Part shown: in pieces, positions 18,035 to 30,000 of the stretch
Numbering within the stretch: position 1 is the stretch's first letter
Layout: every line of letters starts with the position of its first letter
DNA from: a virus
Taxonomy: Duplodnaviria > Caudoviricetes
Reading direction: 5' to 3' (one strand)
DNA length: 61,050 bases
IMG/VR virus record: IMGVR_UViG_3300032288_004306
Span: 1 to 61,050 of that record
The notes under the pieces: generated by a model
The model's input: the letters and a program-made list of their open reading frames with translations, nothing else
Told to the model about the DNA's origin: nothing
Databases searched by the model: none
Translations under genes and position numbers: made by a program

Positions 18035-18423
18035 GTTTAATCGCTCGAAAATTTTCAGATTTAGATCTTAATTTTACGAAACATCCAGTTACAAAAGATG
18101 TTTCGAAGAAGGTGAATGAGAACGCCATTGCAACTGCGATTCGAAACCTTCTTTTGACAAGTTTTTACGAGAGACCATTTAATCCAGAACTTGGTTCGAA
18201 TTTGAAAAAATTCTTGTTTGAGCCGATTGATAATGTTACAACTTCTCTCATTCAAGACTCTATTTTCGAAACGATTAAAAACTTTGAACCTAGAGTAACT
18301 ATTTCTGAGGTGGTCGCTGCTCCAAATTTCGATGATCAGCGTTATGATGTTTATGTAACTTTCTTTGTTAAAAACACAATAGAACCAATTACCATCTCAT
18401 TCTTCTTAGAACGGATAAGATAA
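18031..18423 (+). CDS. 25: Baseplate wedge subunit gp25
   Basis: FSDLDL.F..HP, AI..AIRNL.LT...ERPF.P..GS, LFE, FEPRV. Confidence 0.95.
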   Translation: MSLIARKFSDLDLNFTKHPVTKDVSKKVNENAIATAIRNLLLTSFYERPFNPELGSNLKKFLFEPIDNVTTSLIQDSIFETIKNFEPRVTISEVVAAPNFDDQRYDVYVTFFVKNTIEPITISFFLERIR

Positions 18424-18424
18424 C

Positions 18425-20494
18425 ATGGCAAATCCTGAAGCAAAACTCAAAGTCGCGGAACTCGATTTTGATACTATTAAAACAAATTTAAAAGAGTTTT
18501 TAAAGTCTCAATCGGAGTTCAGTGATTACAACTTCGAAGGCGCAGGTCTGTCAGTCCTTCTAGATATCCTAGCCTATAATACGCATTACATGGGCTACTA
18601 CTTGAACATGGTCTCGAATGAAATGTTCATCGACACCGCCATTAAGCGTGGATCAGTCGTTTCTCATGCCAAGTTACTTGGTTATGTTCCTCGTTCCCGA
18701 GTTGCTGCAAAAGCAACAATTGATTTAACCATTACCCCAGTCGCAAACGATTCAAATAGTGCGATCACGATCCCTCGTTTTACTCGTTTTGTTTCAGAAG
18801 CAAAAGACGGAATTAATTATATTTTTGTAAATCCTTCTGCTCGAGTTACAAGTAAGAATACAGTCAGTGGATTATTTGAAGTTGACAATTTAGAAATTAA
18901 AGAAGGTCAACCAAACGCAATTACATTCACATATGATGCGCAAACGAATCCGAAGCAGTATTTCGAACTCCCAGATGTCGGAATAGACACATCAACAATT
19001 CAAGTAACAGTACAAAGATCTGCTGAGAATGCAAATCAGCAAAGTTATATTCTTGCTCAAGATGCGACAGATGTAGATGAAAACGCTGCTGTATATTATC
19101 TTGAAGAAAATAAAAATGGAAAATATCAAATTTATTTCGGCGATAATGTTGTTGGCAAATCCTTAACTGAGGGCAATATCGTTATTGTAAGTTATATTGT
19201 GACATCAGGTTCTACAGCAAATAGTTTAAGAGAGTTTAAACCTGTTGATACTATTTTAAATGGTGCATCAGTTGCAGTCACATTACAGAGTGAATCTACA
19301 TCAGGTGCAGCTGAAGAAGATATTGAAAAGATTCGTTTTACTGCGCCAAAAGCATTTATCGCTCAAAATCGCGCAGTTACAAAGAACGATTACATTGCTT
19401 TAATTAATCGCGATTATCCATACTTCGAAGCAGTGAACGTTTGGGGTGGTGAAGAAAATGATCCGCCAGTTTATGGAAAGGTTTTCTTCACAGCAAAACC
19501 TCTAGGTGGTTATGAGATCACAACAACTGAAATTGAATCTATTAAAACTAATATTCTAAAACCATTTTCAGTGTTAACAGTAACGCCTGATTATGTTGAA
19601 GCAGATTATAATTATCTCAATATTAGCGCAGACGTCAATTACGATCCAACTAGAACAAACAAAACTGCAAGTGAAATTAATTTAGGTGTTATCAGCGCTA
19701 TTCAGAATTTCTGTAATCAAAATTTAGATACATTTAATTCAACATTTAAAGTTTCTCAATTATCAAGAGCAATTGACGACTCTGATCAATCAATCACAAG
19801 TAATGATATTGGTGTTATTATTGAAAAACGTTTTGCTCCAGATACAACCAGAACGTTGAGTTACAGTCTCAATTTCGGCACAGAATTATTACAAGGAACA
19901 ACAACTCAACGCTTGATTTCCACACCTTCGTTTAAATATCTCGATGCTGCGGGAATTGAGCGTGATTGTTTCTTAGAAGAAGTTTTGCAATCATTTACTG
20001 GTGTCGAAAGCATTGAAATTCTAACAGGTGGTAGTGGATATACTACAACTCCAGATGTGATTATTGATGGTGATGGCACTGGTGCTTCTGCTCGAGCATT
20101 AATCGTAAACGGATCCGTTAAGAAGATTGAAGTTGTACATGTAGGAACTGGATATACTTCAGCGTCAATCACAATATCTGGCGGCGGTGGATCTGGTGCA
20201 TCAGCAAGAGCAAGTTTGCAAGGTCGCACAGGCAAAATAAGAATTTATTATTTCGATACAAATCAAATTAAAAAGGTTATAACAGAAGATATTGGTACAA
20301 TCGATTACCAACTAGGTGTTATTACATTAAATAGTTTCGCACCAACAAGTGTTGATGATCCATTCGGAACGTTAATTATTAAAGCCATTCCAAGAAAAAA
20401 GATTTTCTCCTCTGTTAGAAATAGAATTGTCACACTAGATACTTCTGATCCAGGTTCTGTGATTACAACAATTAATGCCGTAGTCGAGCCATAA
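18425..20494 (+). CDS. 6: Baseplate wedge subunit gp6
   Basis: LDFD.IK.NLK.FL, DYNFEG.GLS.LLD.LAYNTHY, IYFGD, QNRAVT..DY, WGGEEN.PP.YGKV. Confidence 0.95.
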   Translation: MANPEAKLKVAELDFDTIKTNLKEFLKSQSEFSDYNFEGAGLSVLLDILAYNTHYMGYYLNMVSNEMFIDTAIKRGSVVSHAKLLGYVPRSRVAAKATIDLTITPVANDSNSAITIPRFTRFVSEAKDGINYIFVNPSARVTSKNTVSGLFEVDNLEIKEGQPNAITFTYDAQTNPKQYFELPDVGIDTSTIQVTVQRSAENANQQSYILAQDATDVDENAAVYYLEENKNGKYQIYFGDNVVGKSLTEGNIVIVSYIVTSGSTANSLREFKPVDTILNGASVAVTLQSESTSGAAEEDIEKIRFTAPKAFIAQNRAVTKNDYIALINRDYPYFEAVNVWGGEENDPPVYGKVFFTAKPLGGYEITTTEIESIKTNILKPFSVLTVTPDYVEADYNYLNISADVNYDPTRTNKTASEINLGVISAIQNFCNQNLDTFNSTFKVSQLSRAIDDSDQSITSNDIGVIIEKRFAPDTTRTLSYSLNFGTELLQGTTTQRLISTPSFKYLDAAGIERDCFLEEVLQSFTGVESIEILTGGSGYTTTPDVIIDGDGTGASARALIVNGSVKKIEVVHVGTGYTSASITISGGGGSGASARASLQGRTGKIRIYYFDTNQIKKVITEDIGTIDYQLGVITLNSFAPTSVDDPFGTLIIKAIPRKKIFSSVRNRIVTLDTSDPGSVITTINAVVEP

Positions 20495-20495
20495 T

Positions 20496-23400
20496 ATGTC
20501 TGCAGCCGAAAAAACAATTTCAGCCCTTATTGAGTCTGAGTTACCAGACTTTATTAATGCTGAACATCCACAATTCAAGAGATTTCTTGAGTTGTATTAT
20601 ACATGGATGGAGCAAAATTCTGCAAACGGAATCTCAAATACTGCAGGAAATACAATTTATCATGCGATGGGTATTGAAAACTATCGCGATATTGATCAAA
20701 CTCCACCTGAGTTTATTAAGTATTTTAAAGACGAAATTCTTCCATATTTCCCAGAAAATACTTCTCTCAGCACAGAAAAGATTATCAAGGCTGCTCGTGA
20801 ATTCTATAGCAAGAAAGGTAGCGACGAATCTCTTCGTTGGTTGTTTAAAGCATTATTCGACGAAGATATTGAAATTAATTATCCAAAAGAGCAAATATTC
20901 ATTGCTTCTGACGGTAAATGGATTCTACCACGTGCATTTAGAATTACCATTACAGAACAGAATAAAAATGTAGATCCAAATTTATTAGAAAAACGACTAG
21001 TATTTGGAACTACCTCTGGCGCAACTTGTGTTGTTGAATCTGCAAATAGAAACGTTGATCCAACAAATGGTAGAGAAATATTGGAAATTTATGTTTCCAA
21101 TATTAAAAAGTTTTTCGATAACGGTGAAACAATTGAGATTGAGTATGTTGATGCAAACGGCAGCACTCAATTTTTCCGCGAAAGAATTATTGGTACACTA
21201 TCAAATATTCGCGTCGATTCTAACATTCGTACTGATCCAGCACAACGACGTCGCGGTCTTTTATATAACGTTGGTGATCCAGTTGTAATCACTGGCGGTT
21301 TGAATAATACACCTGAAGCCAATGATGCAGCTGCAATCGTTGGTGATGTTTCTCAGGGTTCTATTGAATCAGTAGCCATCACCTTTGCAGGTTATGGATA
21401 CAGAGTATACTCAAATACAGAAGTTATTGTATTGCGTTCTGTTGGTGATGATCCAAATGCAAATCAAAGTACAGATCTTCGTGTATTAAACGTGAATGTT
21501 TCTGCATGTACATCTAACAGTCAAAGAAATTTCTTAGAACCAATCACTTATGATAAAACAGTAATCGATTACGTTGGTGATGTACAAATTGGGAATGCAA
21601 ATTTAGCCTTCTTCACACTAAACACTCGAAACGCTTTATTAAATGTTACCGAAAACGATGAAGATGACTTCTTTAATAATTATGAAGAAGTTTGGGCTAA
21701 CGGTAACAACTTTGTGGATGCTCTATTTACTGCAAAAATTGCAACTGTAAATGGAAATACCGCTATTCTTGGTACTGTAAATGTTAACACAAGCAACATT
21801 GTTATTGGAACTGGAACTGCATTTGACGTAGAATTAAAAATAGGTCAACAACTCGAAGTTGGTGGTGAGAGAAGAACCATCGATAATGTTGTAAATAACT
21901 TTTATTTGACGACAACAGCTGGCTATTCTGGAACATTAACAGCGCAAACAGCATATCGAATTGGACCATTTGCGACACTGGGCACTGCATGCACAGGCGG
22001 GTTGTTAGTTTATGATATTTCAAACACAGGACCACTTGCTACAGTTTTAACTGGCGCTCAAATTAATACAAGAAATACCGCAAAGTCATTTGTGTTCAAT
22101 TCAGTTACAACATATCTTGTTCCTGCAAATGCAAATAGCCAACTGATTCAATGTTTAGACTTTGAAACTGTAAACACTGGCGGTATTGCATTGATTTCTG
22201 TTCTTAATGGTGGCGGTGGCTTTAGATCAGAACCTGCACTCGATGTTAAATCATATTATGACACTCAATTATCAGAAAACTATAGTTATGTTTCTGAAAA
22301 TGAAGATAAAGTTGCCACAAGACAATTGTTTAAAGACCTTGGTCAAATCGCACACGTTTGGATTAATAACGGTGGTTCAGGGTATGCTGTTAATGACGTG
22401 ATTTCATTCAGTGGTCGTGGATATGGTGGCAATGGATATGTTCAGAACGTAAACACCACAGGTGCAATTACTTCTGTGATTCTTTCTGATCGCGGTGAAG
22501 GTCATCTTGTTCGACCAAATGTAATTATAACTCGTTTGTCGCCAAGTTATACTACGATGAACGGAACTGCTAATATTATTTCTGGAAATACGACAGTATT
22601 CGGAACAGCAACAGAATTTACAACTGACTTTAATTCAACTAATGTTATTCGAGTTAATAACGAATTAAGAAGAGTTGTTACCGTTGTTAACAATACCATT
22701 CTTCGTGTCAATACTGCATTTAATTTCACAAGTAATGCAAATACTGTCGACCGTCAAAATGGTTCAGAAGCAACACTAACTGCTTACTTGTTCGGCGATG
22801 GTCTTGAAGATACTGTTGGAACTTCCGCTATTGGTAGAGTGCGTGATATTCGATTATTATATCGTGGATATGACTATATTTCTGTTCCTGATGTCTCATT
22901 AAAAGTTGTTGATACAATTGTCAACCCAATCTCTGTAGAAGTTCCATTCGTAGAAACAGAGTACGTTTATCAAGGTGCAAACCTTGCAAGTTCAACATTC
23001 CGCGCGAATGTTAAGTATTTCAATAATACAACTGGGTTATTAAGACTTTATAACTATTCTGGTCGAATTGACCCAACAGTTGATATTAAGTCTGGAAATA
23101 ATATTTTCTGTAATGTGAATACTGCTGTTAACGTTGCAGCTCCAGCACAATATGATCCAACGGTGATCGCTATTGGATTACCAAATCCAATGTATTATGG
23201 TAATGGTCGTGCTCGAGCCAATGCTCTGTTTGCTAATGGACTTATTGAGTTTGATGGATTCTATTTAAACTCTGATGGATTCCCAAGTGCAGATAAAGTG
23301 TTCCAAGACGCTAATGTTTATCATAACTTCTCATATATTGTTCAATCAGAGAAAAACCTCGTTGACTTTGAGACGCCTGTTAAGAATATCGTACACCCAG

Positions 23401-25052
23401 CTGGAATGTCACTTATTTCGAAGACAGTTCAAAAAGCAGAAAAAGATCAATTTACGATTGCATATCCAAACGTCTCAATTATTATGCCAGGAAATGGTAC
23501 AGAAGCAGTTACCGTCACCAATTCATATTCGAATGTTGTAATTGGATACCAAACCTTGTTCTTACCAAACGTTGGCAGCGTTCAATATTCAAACTCTCGT
23601 GTCAACGTTGGTGATTTGTTTGTCATTGAAGATGGCACCAGAATACCAATCTCACGAACTGTCACAGCAGTGAATAGCAACACTCAATTGATGGTTGATG
23701 CGAACTTCTTATATACTGGTCAAGGTAAGATTAGAGGAAATGTTGTATTTACGAATATCCCTGGAACAGTAACTGTCAATCCAGCTGTAAGTGGTACTGT
23801 AGAGATTAATTCTCCAATCACAGGAACAGTTAATGTCGTGGCATTTAGTAATGTGGTTATTGGCAATAACTCAACCACATTCACATCTAATCTGACTGCA
23901 AATTCTGTTTTAACGATTAATAATGAAACAAGATTAGTAAGTAACATTGTCAATAATGAATACTTGGTGGTAAACTCTGCGTTCACACATTCAGGAACTG
24001 ATAATATAGCGTATCTTGGATCAAATATCGTTTATGGTTCTGGCACAAACTTCGACCCTCAAGTAAACGTTGGTGATATTGTCACAATCAATAGTGAAGT
24101 TCGTGAGGTTACTGTTGTAACATCTGATACAAGATTAGAAGTGAACGCACCATTTACATATTATGGAACAGGAAAATCTCTCTATAAACAGAATAATAAA
24201 GTTCTTGGTGTTTCGACGTTCTTTGATATTAATCTTGCTGTAACTGATATTATTAAAGTTAATAATCAAATTCGTGAAGTTGTGAATATCGACAGCGGAA
24301 CTCTACTTACTGTAAATGCACCATTTGAATATTATGGAACAGGAAATAATATCGCAGAATTGAGCAATACTATTGTCACAGTTTATAATAACTCAAATAG
24401 CGTCGACGAATTAGTTCTTCAAAGCGATAATATTAGTTTTAATATATTTGCTGCTAATATTATGATGGCTCAAACTGGTAATGTTCAAATCTTCACGACA
24501 AATACCAAAGTCATCGGAACAGGAACACTATTCACATCAAACTTGGTTGCAAATGATATAATCATGGTTGGTGGTCAAATCAAACAAGTTATTAATATTG
24601 CGAACGATACTGTATTGAATGTGAATTCTGTCTTCACTGCAAATGATACTGATGAATTGATTTACAGAAGAGCGACTGCAGTTAACGCTGAGGTGCTTTC
24701 TGTTTCATCGAATAATTTAACTCTCAACGTTGCAATTCCAGGTAACATTGCCAACCTAGTTTATGTCGTGGCTCCAAACTATCGACAGATTCAAACAATT
24801 GGTGGAACAGTAAATCTTTCTTCCAATATTGCTGTTGCAAATACAAGTAATGCAAACACTCCAACAAGTTTCGTTGGTACAGTTTATATCGGGAATCAAA
24901 TCACGACAAACGATTACGAAACAAGAACTGTTGTTGGCGTGAACGCAAGCACTATAATTGTAGATGCTAACTGGGATGTTCCTGGCGATGATAAATACCT
25001 AACATTACCAGAAAACCACACTTTCAACGTTGTCACTTTGACTGCATACTGA
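20496..25052 (+). CDS. 7: Baseplate wedge initiator gp7-like protein with many inserted beta modules
   Basis: F..FLE.YY.W.E, FY..KG...SL..LFK.LF, YP......SDGKW, Y.NFSYI...VK..VHPAG; lies between gp6 and gp8. Confidence 0.8.
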   Translation: MSAAEKTISALIESELPDFINAEHPQFKRFLELYYTWMEQNSANGISNTAGNTIYHAMGIENYRDIDQTPPEFIKYFKDEILPYFPENTSLSTEKIIKAAREFYSKKGSDESLRWLFKALFDEDIEINYPKEQIFIASDGKWILPRAFRITITEQNKNVDPNLLEKRLVFGTTSGATCVVESANRNVDPTNGREILEIYVSNIKKFFDNGETIEIEYVDANGSTQFFRERIIGTLSNIRVDSNIRTDPAQRRRGLLYNVGDPVVITGGLNNTPEANDAAAIVGDVSQGSIESVAITFAGYGYRVYSNTEVIVLRSVGDDPNANQSTDLRVLNVNVSACTSNSQRNFLEPITYDKTVIDYVGDVQIGNANLAFFTLNTRNALLNVTENDEDDFFNNYEEVWANGNNFVDALFTAKIATVNGNTAILGTVNVNTSNIVIGTGTAFDVELKIGQQLEVGGERRTIDNVVNNFYLTTTAGYSGTLTAQTAYRIGPFATLGTACTGGLLVYDISNTGPLATVLTGAQINTRNTAKSFVFNSVTTYLVPANANSQLIQCLDFETVNTGGIALISVLNGGGGFRSEPALDVKSYYDTQLSENYSYVSENEDKVATRQLFKDLGQIAHVWINNGGSGYAVNDVISFSGRGYGGNGYVQNVNTTGAITSVILSDRGEGHLVRPNVIITRLSPSYTTMNGTANIISGNTTVFGTATEFTTDFNSTNVIRVNNELRRVVTVVNNTILRVNTAFNFTSNANTVDRQNGSEATLTAYLFGDGLEDTVGTSAIGRVRDIRLLYRGYDYISVPDVSLKVVDTIVNPISVEVPFVETEYVYQGANLASSTFRANVKYFNNTTGLLRLYNYSGRIDPTVDIKSGNNIFCNVNTAVNVAAPAQYDPTVIAIGLPNPMYYGNGRARANALFANGLIEFDGFYLNSDGFPSADKVFQDANVYHNFSYIVQSEKNLVDFETPVKNIVHPAGMSLISKTVQKAEKDQFTIAYPNVSIIMPGNGTEAVTVTNSYSNVVIGYQTLFLPNVGSVQYSNSRVNVGDLFVIEDGTRIPISRTVTAVNSNTQLMVDANFLYTGQGKIRGNVVFTNIPGTVTVNPAVSGTVEINSPITGTVNVVAFSNVVIGNNSTTFTSNLTANSVLTINNETRLVSNIVNNEYLVVNSAFTHSGTDNIAYLGSNIVYGSGTNFDPQVNVGDIVTINSEVREVTVVTSDTRLEVNAPFTYYGTGKSLYKQNNKVLGVSTFFDINLAVTDIIKVNNQIREVVNIDSGTLLTVNAPFEYYGTGNNIAELSNTIVTVYNNSNSVDELVLQSDNISFNIFAANIMMAQTGNVQIFTTNTKVIGTGTLFTSNLVANDIIMVGGQIKQVINIANDTVLNVNSVFTANDTDELIYRRATAVNAEVLSVSSNNLTLNVAIPGNIANLVYVVAPNYRQIQTIGGTVNLSSNIAVANTSNANTPTSFVGTVYIGNQITTNDYETRTVVGVNASTIIVDANWDVPGDDKYLTLPENHTFNVVTLTAY

Positions 25053-25059
25053 GGCTTCA

Positions 25060-27072
25060 ATGTCATCATTAATAACACCAACATTTTCGAAATTCTTAGT
25101 TGAGGATGTGCGAGAGCAATTCGCCTCTCAGTCAAATACCTATGTGACATTGGGTAGAGCAATTGGAACTGGCTCCAATACTGCAAATATTGAAGATATC
25201 TTTTGGACTACAAACGAAAGAAATAAGTTTTATAGAAACATGGTCGGCGCCAAAAAGGTTGCTGCAGCCGATATGCAACCAGTTATTCCTAGAGTCGACT
25301 GGACTTCAAATACAGTCTTTGATTCTTATGAAGATAACATAGAATTATTCTCATACATTGATTTGTATAATTTAGGGACCGTAAATGCAAATTCAAACAC
25401 TGTTCTAACTGGAACTGTTAATATCGCAGCTTCGAATGTTGTTGTTGGTAATGGCACATCATTCAATTCGTTCATATTTGCTGGTGATCAGATCATCGTC
25501 AACTCAGCAACTAAAACTGTTGTTTCTGTGACAAACGCTAGTCATTTGATTGTGAACAGTGCTTTTGCAAATACAAACACGGGGTCTACAATCGCATTAC
25601 GCTCGAATGGAAGAATTATTATTGGTAATTCTGCTAATTTTATTGGTAACGTTGAATCAGGTAATGTTGTTGTTATTGGTGATGACGCTAGAGAAGTTAT
25701 CACTGTCAGAAGTAATAAAGTTTTAGCAGTAAATGCAAATTTAACATACTCAAACGCAAACGTTACTATTTCTAGAAGAGATAACACTTATCCATACACC
25801 GCAAATACTTTTTATGTGCGAAATAAGAGAGATCAGGTATTCAAGTGTTTGTTTAATAATTCAAGAGCAAATTCTACAGTTGAACCAACTATCGATATTG
25901 ACGGGCAACTTCCAGAAAATCCATTTATTTTGACGGGCGATGGTTATAAATGGAAGTATATGTACACCATTCCTGCTGGTTTGAAACAGCGTTTCTTTAC
26001 AAATAGATGGATGCCTGTTTCAAACGATGCTGTCGTTGTTGCTGCTGCCACAGATGGTAGAATCGACCTAATTAAAGTTCTTTGGGGTGGTTCAGGATAT
26101 TTAAGTGGTGGAAATAGTAACACTGCAGCAATACTACAGGTTACAGGAACAGATGGTCAGGGTGCTAATCTAGTTGCTAAAGTCGCCAATGGCGTGATCA
26201 CAGACGTTACGATCCTTACAGGTGGAAACAACTACACAGAAGGTACAGTAACTTTAAATAATCTAGCCGATCAATTAGGTCTTGTTACGATTGGCGGTAT
26301 CGTGAATATCAGTTCTACTGTTGTGAATGCTAATGTTTCTAATACCGCAAATCAATCGTTTATCGGAAATGTATTTGTAAACGATATCGTAACAATTAAT
26401 TCTGAATCGAGAAATGTCGTAACTGTTGTTAGCGGAACGCAATTGGTTGTAAACACTGCCTTCACAAATCCTGCAAACAATCAAATCATGACTGTAACAA
26501 GATCAAATGCAGTATTCGACCTTCAGATCGGTCCACAAGGTGGGCATGGATACGATCCAATTAAAGAACTCAGAACCCATAGCCTTATGGTTTCAGTCGA
26601 GTTTGAAGATACAGAAAACGAAACAATTCCAATAAGTGATTCAACGAATACATTCGACTTTAATCAGATTGGAATCGTTATGGATCCTATCGTTGCAAAT
26701 GGTGCATTTACAGCAAATCAAACGAATTATCGAATTTCAACTCGACTTGAAGTTTCGGATCCAGGGTTAACAAATTTCGTAGATGATGAGACTGTATACG
26801 TTGGAACCTCCTTATCGACTGCAACTGCAATTGCAAATGTGGCTCACTGGGATCCAGGTGATAATTATCTTTACATAAATAATATCACAGGAGCATTCTC
26901 TGGACAACAAATCATCAGAGGTGTTACATCGGGAGCTTCGGTTCCTATCCTATCGGTTTCAAATTCTGAGTTAAAATTGTATAGTGGCGATTTGATTTAT
27001 ATGGAAAATAAACCAAACGTAACTCGTAAAGATAATCAAATAGATCAAGTTAAAATTGTACTTTCTTTCTAG
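25060..27072 (+). CDS. 8: Baseplate wedge subunit gp8
   Basis: IPRVDW, VFKCLFNN, DGYKWKYMYTI, GP.GGHG.D...EL, SGDLIY.EN....R...Q. Confidence 0.9.
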   Translation: MSSLITPTFSKFLVEDVREQFASQSNTYVTLGRAIGTGSNTANIEDIFWTTNERNKFYRNMVGAKKVAAADMQPVIPRVDWTSNTVFDSYEDNIELFSYIDLYNLGTVNANSNTVLTGTVNIAASNVVVGNGTSFNSFIFAGDQIIVNSATKTVVSVTNASHLIVNSAFANTNTGSTIALRSNGRIIIGNSANFIGNVESGNVVVIGDDAREVITVRSNKVLAVNANLTYSNANVTISRRDNTYPYTANTFYVRNKRDQVFKCLFNNSRANSTVEPTIDIDGQLPENPFILTGDGYKWKYMYTIPAGLKQRFFTNRWMPVSNDAVVVAAATDGRIDLIKVLWGGSGYLSGGNSNTAAILQVTGTDGQGANLVAKVANGVITDVTILTGGNNYTEGTVTLNNLADQLGLVTIGGIVNISSTVVNANVSNTANQSFIGNVFVNDIVTINSESRNVVTVVSGTQLVVNTAFTNPANNQIMTVTRSNAVFDLQIGPQGGHGYDPIKELRTHSLMVSVEFEDTENETIPISDSTNTFDFNQIGIVMDPIVANGAFTANQTNYRISTRLEVSDPGLTNFVDDETVYVGTSLSTATAIANVAHWDPGDNYLYINNITGAFSGQQIIRGVTSGASVPILSVSNSELKLYSGDLIYMENKPNVTRKDNQIDQVKIVLSF

Positions 27073-27082
27073 GTAGAAGTTC

Positions 27083-30000
27083 ATGGAATTTAATATTGAA
27101 CCATATAACGACGATTTTCAACAGAACGCATTAGATAATAATTACGTTCGAATTTTGTTTAAGCCAGGACGCGCTGTCCAGGCTCGTGAATTGACTCAAA
27201 TTCAGTCAATGCTGCAAAATCAAATTAAGCAGTTTGGCGATCATGTTTTCCAGGATGGTTCTCCTGTAATCGGCGGTAATCTAACCCTCGATAATAAAGT
27301 AAAGTATCTAAAACTCCAAGAAACTTTTAACAATACCGACATTGACGTTGACGAATTCAACGAAAAAGTTATTCGTAACGAAGATGGAACAGTTCAAGCA
27401 AAAGTTCTTGCAACGTATTTCCCACCTGATGGTATTCCAACACTTCTCGTTAAGTATATCACTGGTGTAGAATTTGCCGACGGTGATACTCTTAAGATTA
27501 TCGGAACACAAACTCAGGCGCAATTGATCGGCTCTTCAGCAAATGGATTTGCGACCGTTTGTTCAGTAAACGAAGGTGTATTTTACGTTGATGGTTTCTT
27601 CGTTCAGGTTCCAAATCAAACAACTGTCGTCAGTCCATATTCTACGGTTGCAAACGTTAAGATTGGTCTAGAAATTTCTGATGATATTGTTGATAGCGAT
27701 ATTGACACTACACTTCTCGATCCTGCTCAGTCCTCATTTAACTACCAGGCTCCAGGTGCTGATCGTTATCAATTTAATCTTTCTCTTTCAACACGCCCAC
27801 TTGATACCGTTGTGGATGAATCACAATTCTTCGAATTGATGCGCGTGGAACAAGGTGCGATCACAAAACAAGTTAAGTATCCAATCTACGCTGAACTTGA
27901 GAAAACTCTTGCTCGCCGTACATTCGATGAATCAGGAGACTATACAGTTCGCCCATTCCGTGCATCTATTCAAGATGGTACAGATGCAAATAATTATACG
28001 ATTTCCATCGAACCTGGCAAAGCATATGTCAAGGGATTCGAATTTGAAACAATTGGAACATTAAAGATTGATGCACCTAAACCTCGTGGTGCTTCTGATA
28101 TTAAATCATTAGTTGACACTGACGTCGATATTTCTTATGGTAATTTCTTGTACGTTACTGCTTTGCGTGGTAGCGGCGCATTTATTAATACATCTGCGCT
28201 TGAAAAAGTAGATATTCACGCTTCATATAGTTCTGGTATTAATACTGCGCAAACTGCAGCATCAGGAAATGTGTTCTATTATTCTAATACTCGTATCGGT
28301 AGCGCAAGAGTAAAGAATTTTACTCGTTATTCTGCAGACGGATTTAATAATAAAACAGATTCAAATGGTGTTTATTCTCTATATTTGACAGATATTAATA
28401 TTCAACCTAAAGTATTAAAAGTAAATAATGCTAGTGGTGCTGCAAATACCTTAAACTTGCATGCAGGATTATTCTGCTCAAACGTTAATAACTTTATTAA
28501 TGTTTCAATCACAATTCTTCCAGTCAGATTGGATGCAATTGCAAACGTAAATGTTGCAAATGTATTTGCAAACTCATATCGTGTTAATGCTAATTCAGCA
28601 GTAGCAAACGTATTCAATTCACCTAATGTTAATGTTGGTTCTATTATTCGAATTGGTAATGAAGTTCGTGAAGTGACGAGCATTAATACTGCAGGTGACT
28701 ATCTAATTGTTAATACAGCATTTGAAAATACATTTGTTGCAACTGATAAAGATTCAAACCCATTAAGTGTGTTTGTACAGAGTGATTACACACAAAACGT
28801 TACAAATCAATCAAGAATAATCACATCAGCTGGAACTGCCACAGGAAATTCATTCTTTGTTCTTGACCGACCATTTGATAATTTCGGTATCCCTGATGCA
28901 AATACCGTATTCCAAATGAACTTCTCGATTGATAATGCGCGCAGTTTTGTTTCTGGTCCAGTAGTTGCAAATGCTCGAAATCTAGTAGCAAATGCATCGA
29001 TGAACGTTGCTTCTCTATCATTTGATCGTAGTTTCTTTACGACTCTTGAAGATAAACAAAGAAACGGATTTATCTTCCGCTTGCCAGCAAATTATGTTAG
29101 CCGTTCTACATTAAACAATGCTGATTATAATTTCAATAAGATTATTCTAAATCGTTCCAATACTGGTACTGCAAATCAGTTTGCATTATCCCAAGGTTCA
29201 GGTTTAGAAACATTTGAAACTATACCTTTTGCTGACGCAACTGGTGCAATTCAAGATAATCTAATTGTGGTTGTGCGAGATAATAATGGTAACACTCAAT
29301 ATCCAAATGGATCAGTGTTGCAATTGACTGCAGGTAATGTTACTATCGGATCACCTGCAACATCAATTACGATCGATACCTTTGTTCCAGACATTTTAAA
29401 AGTTGATATTTTAATTAATGTTAAACAAAATGATGCAGAAGATAAGATTCGTAAAAAGATCTATTATAGCAATACAAGCTGGAGCGGAACAAGAACTAAC
29501 TTCACATATCCAACTAGCGAAAATGGTAATACAACAGTCACACTAGACAATTATACTACTGTTGCAAACATTAACGTTGCTCAAGGATTTATTTTCTTGG
29601 GTGATCCAACATTTAATGCTGTAAGACCTGGAGATGCAATCAATCTCTTTGTTCCTGACGTTGTTAAAGTAAATAAAGTTCTTGCTGGTAACACAACGCA
29701 TTATCCAGACGCAAATAATGTTGCTGATATTACAGATCGCTTCTATGTCGATTATGGTCAACGCGATGATATTTACGATCATGCTAAACTTATTTTGAAG
29801 CAAGGTTATGATAGTCCTTCTGCAAAACTCTTGGTGCACGTTGACTTCTATCAGCACATCTATGCATCGGGATCAAACGTATCATTCTTCTCGGTTGACT
29901 CATATTCTCAAACACAATATGAGAATGGCGCAATCCCAATTTATACGTCAAATGATGGCACTGTCTATAATCTAAGAGATTGTATTGACTTCAGACCAAC

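Noticed and set aside
26875-26881. ATAAATA inside gp8 as a late promoter for the VrlC-like gene
   Set aside because: Imperfect match inside coding sequence of AT-rich DNA; cannot be told from chance
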